Source of the DNA: Rhizophagus irregularis
Lineage: Eukaryota
DNA length: 64,000 bases
Reading direction: 5' to 3'
NCBI RefSeq assembly: GCF_026210795.1
Contig: NC_089435.1
Span: 4,650,001 to 4,714,000 of the forward strand
Under the pieces are notes generated by a model. The model searched no databases and had not been told where the DNA came from. It saw only the letters and a program-made list of their open reading frames with translations. This document shows positions 1 through 14,058 of the stretch, piece by piece; the stretch's first letter is position 1; each line of letters begins with the position of its first letter. Both the position numbers and the translations under genes were made by a program.

Positions 1-300
1 TTTTTTAAACCCTTTAATTTTTACCCTGACTTTTTTTGTTATTACTCCTTTTATTTTGTTTTTAGCTTCAGGGTTCATGTTGCAGTTACAGTAAGTCACC
101 AGAAGGAGGGTTCCCCTTTAAGAAAGAATTGTTTCAAACAACACTTACTCCCCTAGCTAGAGTTTCCAACTGACAGTACACTTATGAGGTCTTTGTATAT
201 ATGATGGAAGGTTTAATGCTTAATGAATTAGAATAAATGTAATTTGTTCTTAATTTATTCGTTTTTCTATTCTAATAAAGTATTAAATGTGCTGCAGCCA

Positions 301-324
301 AAATAAATAAATAAATAAATAAAT
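301..324 (+). repeat. (AAAT)n tract, possibly the 3' tail of a non-LTR element truncated by the window edge
   Basis: Six AAAT units follow a T-rich, 3'UTR-like stretch (1-300). Confidence 0.4.
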
Positions 325-659
325 TATGAAATATTTCATTACACTAATATTATTATGTATATATATACAGTATATATAAAAAAAATATAAATATTGCTTA
401 TAAATCAGCTAACAATATTCTAAAATCATTTGATATAGACCGTAAACGTCAAGATCTGATTCTATGATCACCATATGATTGCATGATATTGACCGTAAAA
501 TATCAAATACTATTCACAAATCGGGCATCATAAAATCGCCCTTAAATATCCACAAATCAGACGAATATAACCAAAAATCACCCGGTATATTTGCAAACAG
601 GTTAAGACTATTTTTATTAATTTGACTTGTGTATTTAGCCAAAGGCATTGTTACATTCC

Positions 660-2100
660 TCAGTAAAGGTGTCCATATTCACGTTCAGATATAGCTTGGA
701 GCAAAGTATCATTTTTATATAAGAAGTAGAAGTGTTGGAGAAGGTGCTGAACATAAATTAAGTCGTTTGATGCAGTAGAGTAATTGATTAAAATTTCGCC
801 CAGGCATCTGCCTAAAGATTCCAAGTCTCTTATATGTTTAAACTTATCTAAAAACTGCATGACACCTTCCTCACAATTGACTAGAAACTTATCAATTGTT
901 CTTCCCTTGGTAAAATTTACTGCCTTTATCTCCTTGTCTTGAAGTTGATTTGCGATAAATATTTTATAATCAAGGGGCAAATATTTTGTACAAACTGTAT
1001 TATAAAAATTTATCACCCAATTGATATGGTGCCTCATCTCGTTTGTAGTCTAGCACGTCCATATAATCATAAATAAGCTTGTCACCTGGTAAAACACGCA
1101 TTTGATATGCTTTTAGAGCATCACTTGCAATATCTTGTCGTTTTTTGGTCGTTGGCTTTTTATTTTCAACTTCCTTTGTAGATGTGCTCGATTCGGTCGT
1201 TTTGTCCTTCGATTCATCAGTCAGAATATGAACACTCATCGGAAGTTTCGCGAAAAACATTTGTGAGCGAAACAGTCTTTTATTTTCAACTTCCTTTGTA
1301 GATGTGCTCGATTCGGTCGTTTTGTCCTTCAATTCATCAGAGTCAGAATATGAAACTCATCGGAAGTTTCGCGAAAACATTTGTGAGCGAAACAGGTACT
1401 ATTTCAGAATCGGAAGATGAACGCTCATCATCATCATATGATAAATAGCTCCTTTGTCTTTTTGGTAAAGATACTTTCACAGATGGGTCAATTGATTTTT
1501 TATTCTGCAGATATAATAATCGTCGTTAAAAAATACTCACATAAAATTCGAGACATTTAAATTATGTTTTTTTGTGGACAAAAATTTAAGATATATACCG
1601 ACCCTTTTTCTTTTTTCGTGATTCAAGTGGTTCTTCTTGAACTCGTTTGCGTTCATTCACACGGGTTTCAATTCTTTTTGTAACATCTCCCTGTAGTGCA
1701 CGATAGCTGATAAGGAACAGACAATAAGTAAATGGTGGTGCACTGGTACAGTCATCAAGAAGCAAGCAGCCTTTCCCGATGCAAGCAAGCAGCCTGCATG
1801 GTAATTGATGAGGCACATCATGGAATATAACGAGTATACTTGCCGTGAAATCTCGTCTCCACTTTAACAGCTTGACTACCGACATTTCGTCATATTGTTT
1901 GCCGATGGTGTCCAGTCTTTATTGTATCGATCATGCTCCGTTTCTTTTCTTCCAGACCACCTACCTACTCGTAAGCGGAAATCCAAGAACTTCATGAGAG
2001 AAGGCTCATCTGTATTCTTCCAAAACACTAAATATTTACAAACGACCCGGTTAAAGCATTGTCATAAGAAATCACTTCTATAGTTTGTCTTACCACTGTA
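660..2100 (-). pseudogene. Fragmented hypothetical coding region with a 120-bp internal tandem duplication
   Basis: Overlapping minus-strand ORFs at 660-1037, 1000-1332 and 1586-1885. Duplicated unit at ~1157-1275 and ~1277-1395. No family recognised. Confidence 0.35.
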
Positions 2101-2630
2101 TTTCAGAGCGTTTAAACATAGTGCATTGTACACGAAATAATCAATATACGGTATATGTAGAAGAGAAGGAATTATACATATGAACTCCGTGATAGATTTA
2201 CAGATCTATATAAAAATCATGATAATAAGTCACATGATTCTCATCGTTAAAATTTGATGGACGAAAATTTAGAGGAAGTATTTAATGCGAGTCCCAGCAT
2301 CAAGTTATTTCTTTCTCACATTTACGAAAAATATCTATAACTCCACACTCTTTTACTATACTAGATTTCCGAAATAAATTATCCCACTCATATTTACAAA
2401 TTTTTGTCTATCTATATCTCTTCCAAACACACAGACTATGTAATCTCGAAAGAGAACTTCTCTGGGATTAAGAAATTTCGAACCTATAGTATAATTACGG
2501 AAGTATTAGCAACCGAGGTAAAAAAATAATACCGATTTATACTTACCATCACGATTCATTTTCACATAATTCCATTCAGCCTCATACACGAGAAATTTAT
2601 TACTTAATTTTTTCTGTTATCGCCGGTACG

Positions 2631-5076
2631 TAGGGATGTTAACAGTTTATGATTGGATGGTTCGAACCGCAGTTTGATCATAGGACCGGTTTCAGTTCAG
2701 TTCAAACGTCAAACCAAACCGAGACCGAACCGATAGAAACCGGTTTAGTGAACCGGTTTTAGATCGGTTCAATTAACGGTTACGTGTATCTGCACGCGTA
2801 ACTTTTTACAATAAAAGAATAACGGATTTTACATTCTTACATTTTTTTATATCACCTTGCATTATTACAACTATGTCGGGAGTTTTTGAAAATGACGATA
2901 ATAATTTATCAGATGATTCCTTAGCATCTGATGATGAAAGAATTATAAATAAGAAATTGTCAGCAGATGTTTGGGAGTTTTTTCAAAAAATTCAAGATGA
3001 GGAAAGTTGGTTAATTACAAACTATAAGTGTATTTTGTGTGCAAAACTTTATTCACCTGGTAATCCAACATCTACACTTCGACGTCATTTAACTAAAAAA
3101 CATCCATCACATTATAAAAAACCTGAAACCCGCCAAACTACTTTACGTTTTAAACCTTACTCTCCATCAAAATCTAAACCTATCACAGATTCTTTGGTTG
3201 ATTTTGTTGCAACTGATTTGCAACCTTTTACCATTGTTGAAAATCCTGAATTCAAATTATTAATTAATAAATTGAATCCCCACTATATTTTACCTTGCAG
3301 ACAAACCTTAAAGGAAAAATTCATAGAAAATTATAAAATGAGAAAAAATGTGTTAATTAATGAAGTCTCACAAATTAACTCAAAAATCTCTCTTACTACT
3401 GATATTTGGACTTCAGAAATCTCAAAAGATTGTTATCTTGGAGTAACAATGCATTATATTAACAACAATTGGGAATTAAAAAATCTCTTACTTGATTTAA
3501 TTCCTGTAAATGGTTCTCATACAGCTGGGTTAATTACTAGCAAGCTTTTACAAATTCTTGAAGAGTTTAGTATCAGTAATAATATTCTTGCATTAACTAC
3601 AGACAATGGAAGCAACATGATAGCATGTGGTAATCAACTAGCAACTGAATTAGATCAGGAGTTTAATAATATGGCTTTTACTCATTACAGATGTGCTGCA
3701 CATATTATAAATTTAGCAGTAAAAGCAGGAATGAGTCATGTTGGAAATGAAATCAAAAAACTTCGTCAATTTGTTGTTAAAATCAAGAATTCACCATTAT
3801 TTTTGGATAAATTATCAGAAATTTGTACCCTTAAAAAAGTTAAATTTCTTAAACCAATTTTAGATATAGACATTCGCTGGAATTCCACATATTTTATGAT
3901 TAATAGACAAATCTTAATGCAGGGTGTTTCAGAATTACTTGCAACAACAAATGTTGAAGAACTTGGAGATTTATTTCCAACAATATCTGAATGGCGACAT
4001 ATTAAGGTATTTTTTATTTTATAAATTATTATTTATTTTATTTTATAATTATATATTTATTAATTATTATTTTTTTTTTTACAGGAATTAGCAAAGGTAT
4101 TAGAACCTATGTATGAAGCAACCAATTTATTATCATCATCAAAAAATCCTACACAAGGTGATATAAGATTGGTTTTTAATGGAATGTTTAAAAAATTGGA
4201 TCATTATCAAAGAGGAAATCACCATACACAAAAGGCAATAGCATCAGCAATTTGTAATAAATTGAAAGCCTATTGGGACAAATATTTGAATCAATCTTCC
4301 ATTACTTCTTCAATATTAGATCCACGCTACAAAACCACATTATTTAGTCATAATGATATAACTGAAATTATTAGTAAATTACAAGAATTATATTTGTCAT
4401 ATTTACCCTTAAATAATCAAACCATACCATCAGCACCAGCACGATCATCTCGTGATTATTTTCTTAATTTACTTAATCCAAATAATATTCGTCAAGAAGT
4501 ATCGCATGATGAATTAGATCGATACTTAAATTCTCCAGTAGATAGTAATACAGGTTCTTTAATTTGGTGGAAAACTTATGAAAAGGATTACCCAAGTACT
4601 ATCTCAAATAGCTAAGGATTATTTAACAATCCAAGCAACGTCGGTTCCATCAGAAAGGGCATTTTCAATTTCGGGATTAACTATTTCAAAAACTAGAAAT
4701 AGGTTAGATCCTGAAACGGCAAGGGCAATTATATGCATGAAAAATTGGATATCAGAAAAAGAAAGAATGGAAAATTGAATCAATACTTGCAATATGTCTT
4801 TTTTTTTTCCTTTTTTTTACATTATGTGAAATTTTGTTGGTAATTTTTTTTCTTATAATAAAAAATTTTTTGACGATATACGATATATTTAAATTCATGA
4901 TCTGCATTACACAATTTTGTATAAAATACTATAAATATCCGGTCTAAACTTCGGTCTAAACTTCAGTCCAAACTTCGGTTCAAACTCTGGTTCTAAACCT
5001 ATAACGGTTCGGTTTTGTACTCAAACCACCAGTTTTTGGACCGAAAACCGGATGGACCGAACCGTTAACATCCCTA
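2631..5076 (+). mobile_element. hAT (Ac-like) DNA transposon, full length
   Basis: 17-bp TIR TAGGGATGTTAAC(A/G)GTT. Perfect 8-bp TSD CCGGTACG (2623-2630, 5077-5084). Subterminal AACCG/CGGTT clusters. Internal transposase. Confidence 0.97.
2873..4778 (+). CDS. hAT transposase (BED zinc finger, DDE core, C-terminal dimerisation domain); two exons and one frameshift
   Basis: Motifs VWEFF..CxxC..TSTLRRH, LTTDIWT, TTDNGSN, RCAAH, RWNST and ATSVPSERAFS. Phase-0 intron 4007-4084 (GT..CAG). One extra base near 4595 shifts YP|VLSQIAKDYL. Confidence 0.93.
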
Positions 5077-6316
5077 CCGGTACGATACTGCGCAAAGTTC
5101 CAAGAATTCGGCACGTGATGCTTATATAAGATAAATTTTTTTGATGCACTGACGGCACTGCGCCAGACAGCAAGACTTTTGCTGTGCCGTTGCATGTGAC
5201 GACTGACGAGATTCATGTATTGCGTCTATTGTACGCGTGATGATGGTCAGTAATTTTCTCGGCGAAGATCAAAATGCCGATATATAACAAGAAGAGCAAT
5301 ATGTCCGTTTTATTTTGGAACAACTATAGCGGAAAGTTGATTAAGATTGTGGTGACATGTTTCAAGAAGCTAACTGAACAATAAACCAACCTACCAGTAA
5401 CCTACCTTTATTACTTTGCAGAATATACGAGTTTGTTTAACTGTAAATATTGATGATGCAAATAATGTTAAGTTTTGATTATTTTGCTTGATTTTTTCGT
5501 TTTACTTATACAAGGCTGTTAAAAGGGTTCACTAACTGGGACATTATCTTTTTATATAATTTGCAGGATCGATTTTGGAATACGCTTATTACGTTAATGA
5601 TCGCATCACGAAAATCTGATCAACGGACTCTCCTTAATTTAACAATAAAAGCTATCCATATGTAAAGATCATCAAGGGGCCTTTTAATAATAATATACGT
5701 AAGAATTTTAAGAATATGCGAGAAAGTTTGAGAATAAATTATTTTGCGCAGTTACTTGTTCCTGTGATACATCTATACTAAATGATACTGCGCATTTATC
5801 AAGTTCTGGATCATTTATTTCGTTACAATAAAACTTGACCGAAAAATATTAGCATACATGGTCCCACAACCCATAACTGGTAAATTTGGCCCTTATTGCG
5901 TCTTTGCTTTATTGATCGTACGAGAAAAAAATACATAATACAGGTTACATGATCAAACCAAAGTGATAAAAAATTTCATATGAACAAAGCATTATACTGC
6001 TAGCCCTTCCGTGATGCTAGTATGAGTTTTGAAATCCTAAATGAGAAAATTGTCTATTAACTTATTGCTTCCTTGCAAATATACTGTATAATACAACTGA
6101 AAGTAAATTCACCTTAACTGCATAAATGTCTTGACTGGAAATTTCCTCTCCAGTATTTTTTTTCGCTGGCACTTTTCCATACTGCTTATTCGGAAGATAT
6201 GTATTTGGAAAAAAAATCTTTCATTGCACAGCCCGATATCTAGGTAATCGATCTCGCATGGTGAACATCTTACGATTGCAAATTTGCTTGAACTGTTGCA
6301 GGTAAGACAAATATTC

Positions 6317-8549
6317 TATGAGGCGCCATGCTGTTCAAAAGTCTGGGGTTTAAACCCCAGATCAAATCCCAGATTTATCCAGGGTGAAAATGGATTAATC
6401 CATATTTCATCCCGGATTTTCCTATATTTCACCCCGGATTTGATCCATATTTTATCCCGCATATTTTATCCCAGATCTGATCCACATTTTACCCCGGATC
6501 TGATCCACATTTTACCCCAGATTAATTCCTTAAAATTCACCAAAAATTATATCACACCCAATTGTCAAACCCCGGATTAATCCATATTTCATCCCAGATT
6601 TGATCTATATTTTATCCCGGATTAATCCATATTTTATCCCAAATCTGATCTATATTTTATCCGGATTATATTTTATCCTTAGACTATATCATAGGTTTTA
6701 AGTCATGTGATCAGATTTTTTTGTTTATGAGATCATTTTAGAAACTTCTCTTATAACTTTAAAATAAAGTAAAATTTCTATTAAAGTTTACATGAGATGT
6801 TTTGAATAGAGATAAAGATGACCCTGAAATTAGATTTGCCAAAATTCTGAACTCATAATCCGTAATTCCAGCCAAATCCAAACTTCTGAAATCTGAAATT
6901 CCAGCCAAAATTGAAATTAAATATGTAAATTCAGCCGGAATTATGCACTTAATTCCAGCAGGAACTATTGAATTTCGATTTTGGCTGGAATTACAGGTTC
7001 ATTAATTTTAATTATGAATTAATTTTGGCAGAATTTCAGATTTCAGATTTTTGTTAAATTAATTTCAAATTTCAGGGCTATCCTTAAATATAGAGATTAC
7101 ATGATTTTAAATTATTACCAGATGTCATACCCTTTACGTTTAATTTCAGCCAAGTTGCCAAGTTTGTAATGCTGGTTCCATTCTCACGTTATATCATATG
7201 ACCGAAATCTTAGGTAAGTTTTCAAAAAATATTTTTCAAAAATAAAATAATTTTTTAATTATTTTTTTTTTCATTTTTATAGGAACTGACATTACACTTA
7301 TTGAAATTTTAGTTCCAATAAAATTGGAAAATTATACATAAAGTTATGACTTTTTAAAAGGAAAATTTTCATATCAATCATTTGGTATTATTTATTTTAT
7401 TTTTCTTATTTAACAATTTTATAATTAGAAGGCAAAAAAAACCAAGCCCTTTAGATAAATATAAACAATAAATATTTTTAAATTATATAGGAAAGAAAAT
7501 TTGTTGGTATTATTGAGAAAATATTTAGTATTATAATAATCATATATATAATTCATTTTCTAACTATTACTGGAGGTGATGATCACCAGGTGATTGAAAT
7601 TATGATAATCAACCAGCATTAAAAAATATAATGCCAGTAAAAATTGATAATTCTGGCTAATGAAAATAATTACCTGGTGATTTGAAGTAAAAAACTTATT
7701 TTTATACATTTTTTATAAATAAATATGTTGAAAAATATTTTGAGATTTTTTTAAAAATTTATTATTAACCTATTAACAGGCTGATTAAAATAAAATATTT
7801 TTATTATTTATTCAGTGCAATACCTCTATAATAGGTATCTCTTGTATTTTATATGATGATCTAATAATTAGAATTTTATAAAATTTCATTATTAAATAGT
7901 TTTTAATAAAATAAATTGATTAAGTAAATAAAAAATTTTCTCAATTTTTTTACTTATATAATATAAAAATTATGATAAATTTGATTGGTTAAAATTATAT
8001 AATATTGAAATTTATATATTTAGTAATCATAATTCTGGCTAAATTTATAATACTAACTAGAGTTAAGATTAATTATTAAAGTTTTTTTAAAAATTTTTTA
8101 AAAAGAGTAGCGTAAGGAGAATTTAATTTTATTGGTTGATCAGCAAGAATTTTAACTGGCTAAAATCAATAATTGACTTCGTAATATTGGATTTATATCA
8201 CCAGAATAAAATCAAATATAGATAAAATCAAATCTGGGATAAAATATAAATCAAATCCAAGATAAAATATGAATTAATCCGGGATAAAATATGGATTAAA
8301 TCTGGGATGAAATATGGATTCAGTTAATTCAGGGTTTGACAATTGGGTGTGATGTAATTTTTGGTGAAATTTAAGGAATTAATCTAGGGTAAAATGTGGA
8401 TCAGATCCGGGATAAAATATAGATCAAATCTGAGGTGAAATATAGGAAAATCTGGGATGAAATATGGATTAATCCATTTTCACCCCAGATAAATCTGGGA
8501 TTTGATCTGGAGTTTAAACTCAGACTTTAGATCAGTATGGCGCTTTATA
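6317..8549. mobile_element. Non-autonomous DNA element with long (~330 bp) internally repetitive TIRs
   Basis: 6317-~6660 is the reverse complement of ~8200-8549. Flanking direct repeat ATATTC (6311-6316, 8550-8555). No coding capacity. Confidence 0.8.
6813..7086. mobile_element. hAT-type MITE nested in the long-TIR element
   Basis: Imperfect TIR TAA(A/G)GAT..CCCTGAAATT. Near-perfect 8-bp TSD AATAGAGA/AATATAGA. Confidence 0.65.
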
Positions 8550-8624
8550 ATATTCCATTTTATTTTTATACCATTTACTATGTAATCCATAATTCCCATG
8601 CTTTTCATTGCAGATAGGGCATGA

Positions 8625-8820
8625 TGAATCCTATGATCAAATTATAATTATCAATCCTCTTAAAACTATTTTAAAAATATGTTATAATATATATTAGTCA
8701 TGACTCATAAATCAATGAGTCATGACTAATCGTATAATTTAGTTAATTATAGTAAATATACTCATACAATTTTGAAATGCTTTAAGATGGATTTGATAAT
8801 TAATTCTAGATAGGATTTGA
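8625..8820. repeat. Degenerate fold-back with a perfect central hairpin
   Basis: ATTAGTCATGACTCAT-N6-ATGAGTCATGACTAAT at 8693-8730, with weakly complementary outer arms. Confidence 0.5.
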
Positions 8821-9416
8821 CTTCAAAATAACAGGCTCTTTTTTTTACATTGCTCAGAAAAGATAAATAGAATACATTATTTTCTGATTTTGAATTTATG
8901 AGAAGGTGGTTTTAATAATTGTCATGGCTTATAACCAGTTCTTTTTTATGTTTTTTATTTATGTTGAAATCTTATCTGTCAAAATGGTAAGCCAGTTAAT
9001 TTAGCATGCAATCCAGATTTAAAAAATCAAATATGTAAATAAAATAATATTTATTTATTGTCTGAAGCATAGCGAAGGACTATATAATTTTATGAAGGTC
9101 GATGACAATTAGTGTCATGTAGTGATATCTGGTTATCTGCACACGTTATTTCTGATTGGTCCACACAAAATGTGTATTGGAAATTTCATGCTACATCAAA
9201 AATAAACAAGTAAAAAAGTTTATGATTACCTTTTTTTTAGATTTCAGCTAGTAAATATATTTTTCTTTTAAACGACTTTCTTATTTTTTTCCTAGGGTTT
9301 CTGGATTTCTTGTACATACCGGACTGGTGAGTTGTTTTTTATTTGTTTTGCTTTAAAAAAATGTTTTTAGCATTTCATTTTTATTTTCTTTTATCTAGAA
9401 ACACAGGTTTTTTGTA

Positions 9417-10991
9417 CAGTCCCCTCTCGATATAACGAACCCTAGGTTCCAGCTGATCAGGGCTTCGTTATAAGCAACTTCGTTAACATTATAACGAATT
9501 ATTCGGTATTGTATAATGAATTCTTCGGTATAGGAATATCGGTTATACAGATCATGTGACTTGTTGATCTGATTACCGATAATTTAACATTTTTTTTAAT
9601 CTTTTTTTATAGGGGTGCTTTCTAAACTTCAAAATAGATGCCTAGAATGAGAAGTAAGTGGGAACTGGGGGTTTTTTATATTAATTTTGTTTAAAAACAT
9701 TTACTAATGTTCTTTTTTTATTTTTTTTATTGTAGGAAACTTCCTGGACTTCGAAATGGACGCCTGAGACGAGAAGTAAGTGGGGAACTCAATTTTTTTT
9801 ATTTAAGAACATTTACTAATGTTCTTTTTTTATTTTTTTATTATAGGGAACTTCCTGGACTTGAAATGGACGCTTGAGACGAAGTAAGTAGGGAACTCGA
9901 TTTTTTATTAATTTCGTTTAAGAACATTTACTAATGTTCTTTTTTATTTTTTATTGTAGGGCTTGAAATGGAAGCTTGAGACGAAGTAAGTAGGGGAACT
10001 CGATTTTTTTTATTAATTTCGTTTAAGAACATTTATTACTAATGTTCTTTTTTATTTTTTTATTGTAGGGACTTCAAAATAGACGCTTAGGACGAAGTAA
10101 GTGGGACAACTCAATTTTTTCTTTTAATTTTGTTTAAGAACATTTACTAATGTTCTTTTTTATTTTTTTATTGTAGGGACTTGAAATGGACGGGCTTGAG
10201 ACGAAGTAAGTGGAACAACTCAATTTTTTCTTTTAATTTCGTTTAAGAACATTTACTAATATTCTTTTTTATTTTTTTTTATTGTAGGGACTTGAAATGA
10301 ACGCTTGAGACGAAGTAAGTGGGACAACTCAATTTTTTCTTTTAATTTCGTTTAAGAACATTTACTAATGTTCTTTTTTTTTTTTTTATTATAGGGAATG
10401 CTTCCTGAAGTGTTCTATATAAAAATGTTTATTATAATTCCTTTTTTTGTAGGAATGCTGTTTAACAATAACTGACTATATAATAAATAAATTATTAATG
10501 ATATATTAATTTAACTAGGAGAGTACCTTACCCCTGCGATAAATATAAATTAATAACAATTCACATCGAATCCTAATACAACCGAATTAATGTAAATTAA
10601 TGTAATTCTGCCTAAATATTAAATAAAATAGCCAGAATTATTAATCCCGATACGATCCTGATACAATCCCGATCCATAATTTAAATATAAAACACAGGGG
10701 TGATATTTAATGTCATAATGCATCAATATTTATTAATAATTACATTTAATTATAAAGAAATTCTTCGTTATAACTGAAAAAAATTCGTTATAAAAAAAAT
10801 CCGTTATATCGAGAGGCATTTTTATATAAGAAATTCACACACTTTACTTCGTACTATGTTATACGGTAAATAAATAGTAAACTTCGTTATATCAAGGTTT
10901 TTTTCATATTTAAAATCGGTACCAATAATCGTACGATCCGTTATATCACGTTATTCACATATCGGCGTTCGCTCGGTAGGAGAGCTGACCG
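9417..10991. mobile_element. Non-autonomous Tc1/mariner-pogo-type element carrying a tandem micro-exon array
   Basis: Left end TA|CAGTCCCCTCTCGATATAACG. Degenerate right end GAGAGCTGACCG|TA. Subterminal ATAACG/CGTTAT motifs. Removing it rejoins TTTGTACATGCCAGACT, which resembles 9309-9326. Confidence 0.7.
9611..10395 (+). repeat. Seven ~110-120-bp tandem units, each a 25-41-nt exon-like block plus a canonical intron
   Basis: Unit: TAG|GGACTTGAAATGGACGCTTGAGACGAA|GTAAGT...TTACTAAT...poly-T...T(G/A)TAG. Confidence 0.85.
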
Positions 10992-13351
10992 TACATGCCA
11001 GACTTTTTAAAGGTAAATTGTGAGGGCTTTTCTTACTTGTTTAACTTTAAAGAAACATTTTTAACGTTTCATTTTTTTTTAGGGATGCCAGATTTTTTGT
11101 ACAAATTGAATTTTTAAAGATATTTGGATTTTTGTACAAATCTTTCGCTATGAACTTACAACGGTTTCTGTTTCCTAGTTTATTAAATGATTTTTTTATT
11201 ATTTCTTTTGTTTTATTTTTTAATTTTATAATCAAGTTATATTTTACTTTTTTATTTTTATTTATTTAATATTTAATATTTTATTACTAAAAAAAATATA
11301 TTATTTTAATTAATAATCACTAATTATATATATTAAAATCAAATCAAAGTAAAAATTTAAATATGAATAATATAATATTAAATTTATTAAAATATAAATT
11401 TTGATGCAAATTGATTGGTCAGTTTTTAACTATATAATATTTTATTCCAAACTTCTATTAAATGCATTATTTATGTGATTTTTGATGTTTTTTAAAAAAA
11501 TTGCAATTTTTATAGCATTAATAATAATTAAGACATTAAGTGATAATTGGATAATAATAATTTAAATTAATAATTAAATTATAAAAAACAACAATATTGA
11601 TAGTTTGTCAATTAATTTATTTAAATAATATATTCAATAATAAAAATAAATCAATTAATTAAATAATTGTAAAATATATTAAAATACCAGAAATTTTCTT
11701 TTTTTTCTTTTTTATAAAATACTAAACTTAAATAAATTAAATAAAATATTAATTAAATATTTTAAATTTTTTTCTTAAGAGCTAATGTTATATTAAAATT
11801 ATTAATATTTGTTATTATTCAATACTTCAGTTATTTAGAAATATGCAGGATTTAATAACCAATATTTTTATTAGATATCCAAGATTAAAATCAGTATTAG
11901 TAACATTAATTCTTATTGGTTTTTACATTATTCCTAATAATCAAACTATAACTAAATTATTGGATAGAAAATATTGCCATATTGGTTTTCAGCTAATATT
12001 TCTATTTTCCCATCCAATAACTATTTATTATAATTAAACTATGTGCTAAAACTTATTTAGTATAAAATAAATTGAATTGTAATTTTAATTTTGCTAAACA
12101 ACTGTACAAATATAATTTCATTTTAATCAAAATGTTGAAATTATATTTTCACAAAAAAAAGTTTATTTATTTTTTTTTTTGCAATATTATAATTAATTTA
12201 AAAACTTTTTAATAGTATATAGTATATACTTTTAATTAGATGAAGTAAATGTAAAAATATACATTATAAATAAGAAAAATAAATAAATAACAATTTGCAG
12301 CTCAGATAGTATTTCAATACTTTTATTTAATAATTCAACTTTCTTAATTATTTACTTTTTAAATGGTTTATTTCTTAAAAAAGATTATTTAATAAGATGG
12401 CATTATATAAATAAACAACAAACAAAGGATGCAATGGATCACATTATATTTCAAATTTAGTTTTTTATAATTAAATATGTAATTAATGATAAAATAATTA
12501 CGAATTTTAAATACGTTTATATGATTAAGTTACACTGGAGTTCCATTACGTCATTTCTGGTCATCTCCTCAATAGGTGTTACTACAGAATGTTGGAAGAA
12601 AAATATTATTTAATTGGAACCTCATTCCGGATTTTTTTTAGAGCGCTCAAGTTATAAATTAATCAGAACAATCGTATTGTTGATATAGCGAGAATCCAGA
12701 AGATTTTGCCAGAATAGAATAACAAGAACTAAACTTTACATCATATAATATTAAATTAAATTGCTTCGCATCTTACAAATTGTTAGGCAAAAACAGAATT
12801 TTGATATATTTAGGTCATTTATTAGTCTTACCTTACCCGAAAAAATAAATGGATCGTTTTTAACATCATCGATTGAATTAACGCAAGTACATTAATTAAG
12901 AGAGGAAATTTCTAAATAAATTAGCACGACACTTAAATTTCTGGGTAGTATTATATACTGTATAACGATGACAAATTGGTATTTGTTGAAATAATTCATT
13001 CTGTCGGGAAACTCCATAAATTTATTTATAACGTGAATATTATGATATGATATTCACATGTAGGAATAAATTCACGTGTCATGATTCAAATATTCCGTTA
13101 TTGATTTCTTTTGTCGTACAAAATTATGTAATAGTATAATGGCGTAATTTTGATTAAATACCCGATATAGTCTTTTAAATTGTAGACGAAGATTCTTTAT
13201 AAAGGGCCAATTCTTTTATGTGCAATTTCAAGCCACAATACTTTACTTCTCCCATATTTTTCTGCTTTTGTAATTAGGGTTTTCTACTCCTAAAGGACAG
13301 ACGTTTAATTTAACGCCACTTTATATAAAATTTATCTCCCTTTGATTTGAA

Positions 13352-14058
13352 ATGAAATACAATACACTTCGGTTAAAATCAAATATATTATTACTTCCAA
13401 ATGAATTATTAGCGGAAATTTGTGAGAATTTATCGCCGCAAGATCTGTATTCACTTTCTTCAGTATGTAAAGAGTTAAGGCATTTTTTATGGTCAGATAA
13501 ATCAATTATTACACAGCAAGTTTGGCGTATTTCTCGTAATAAATTTTATCCCAATCTAAAATCTATTCCACTTGTTGGTATGAGCGAACAACAATATGTC
13601 TGGTTTACGGTTTTAGCTAAACAATGCCAATTTTGTAAAGAAAGTAATAAAAATTTATTGAAAAGATATTGGGAATTTCAAATTATTTGCTGTGATGAAT
13701 GTCTAAATAAGCGAATTGAAAGGTATGTGTCAATTAGTTTTTAGTTGTGATATTTTTTATAATTTACATTTACTTATTTTCCTCTCACATTTTTACATTT
13801 GTTAATTATAGTCGTCAAACACTTGTGACAAAATATAATGTACCTGAAGATGTATTATCAACTTGTTTAAGTTTAGGAAATAGAGGTTATTTATTATCAC
13901 ATATAAAATCTGCTCAAATGGAATATTCAAAGGCTATAGATAAAGATTCTTGGGTTACACATAAACAAATGGAAATTATAAATCAAAAATGTATAATAAT
14001 TTCCATATTATTTGATGAGTTTCGTTCCGATTATAAGCCAATGACAACCATTTCGTAA
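13352..14058 (+). CDS. F-box domain protein, two exons (13352-13722, 13812-14058), ~205 aa
   Basis: F-box motif LLPNELLAEICENLSPQDLYSLSSVCKELR, then CQFC..CCDEC. GT-AG intron 13723-13811 joins the two ORFs in frame. Confidence 0.88.

Larger units (their letters stand above)
9055..12460 (+). mobile_element. Possible non-autonomous Helitron/Helentron-like element
   Basis: 5' GTCTGAAGCATAGCGAAGGAC hairpin-like motif. Degenerate 3' hairpin GATGCAATG..CATTATATT followed by TTAG|T. Boundaries are tentative. Confidence 0.3.

Noticed and set aside
5270..6305. Plus-strand multi-exon gene
   Set aside because: Splice-like signals are present, but no coherent frame or domain could be assembled.
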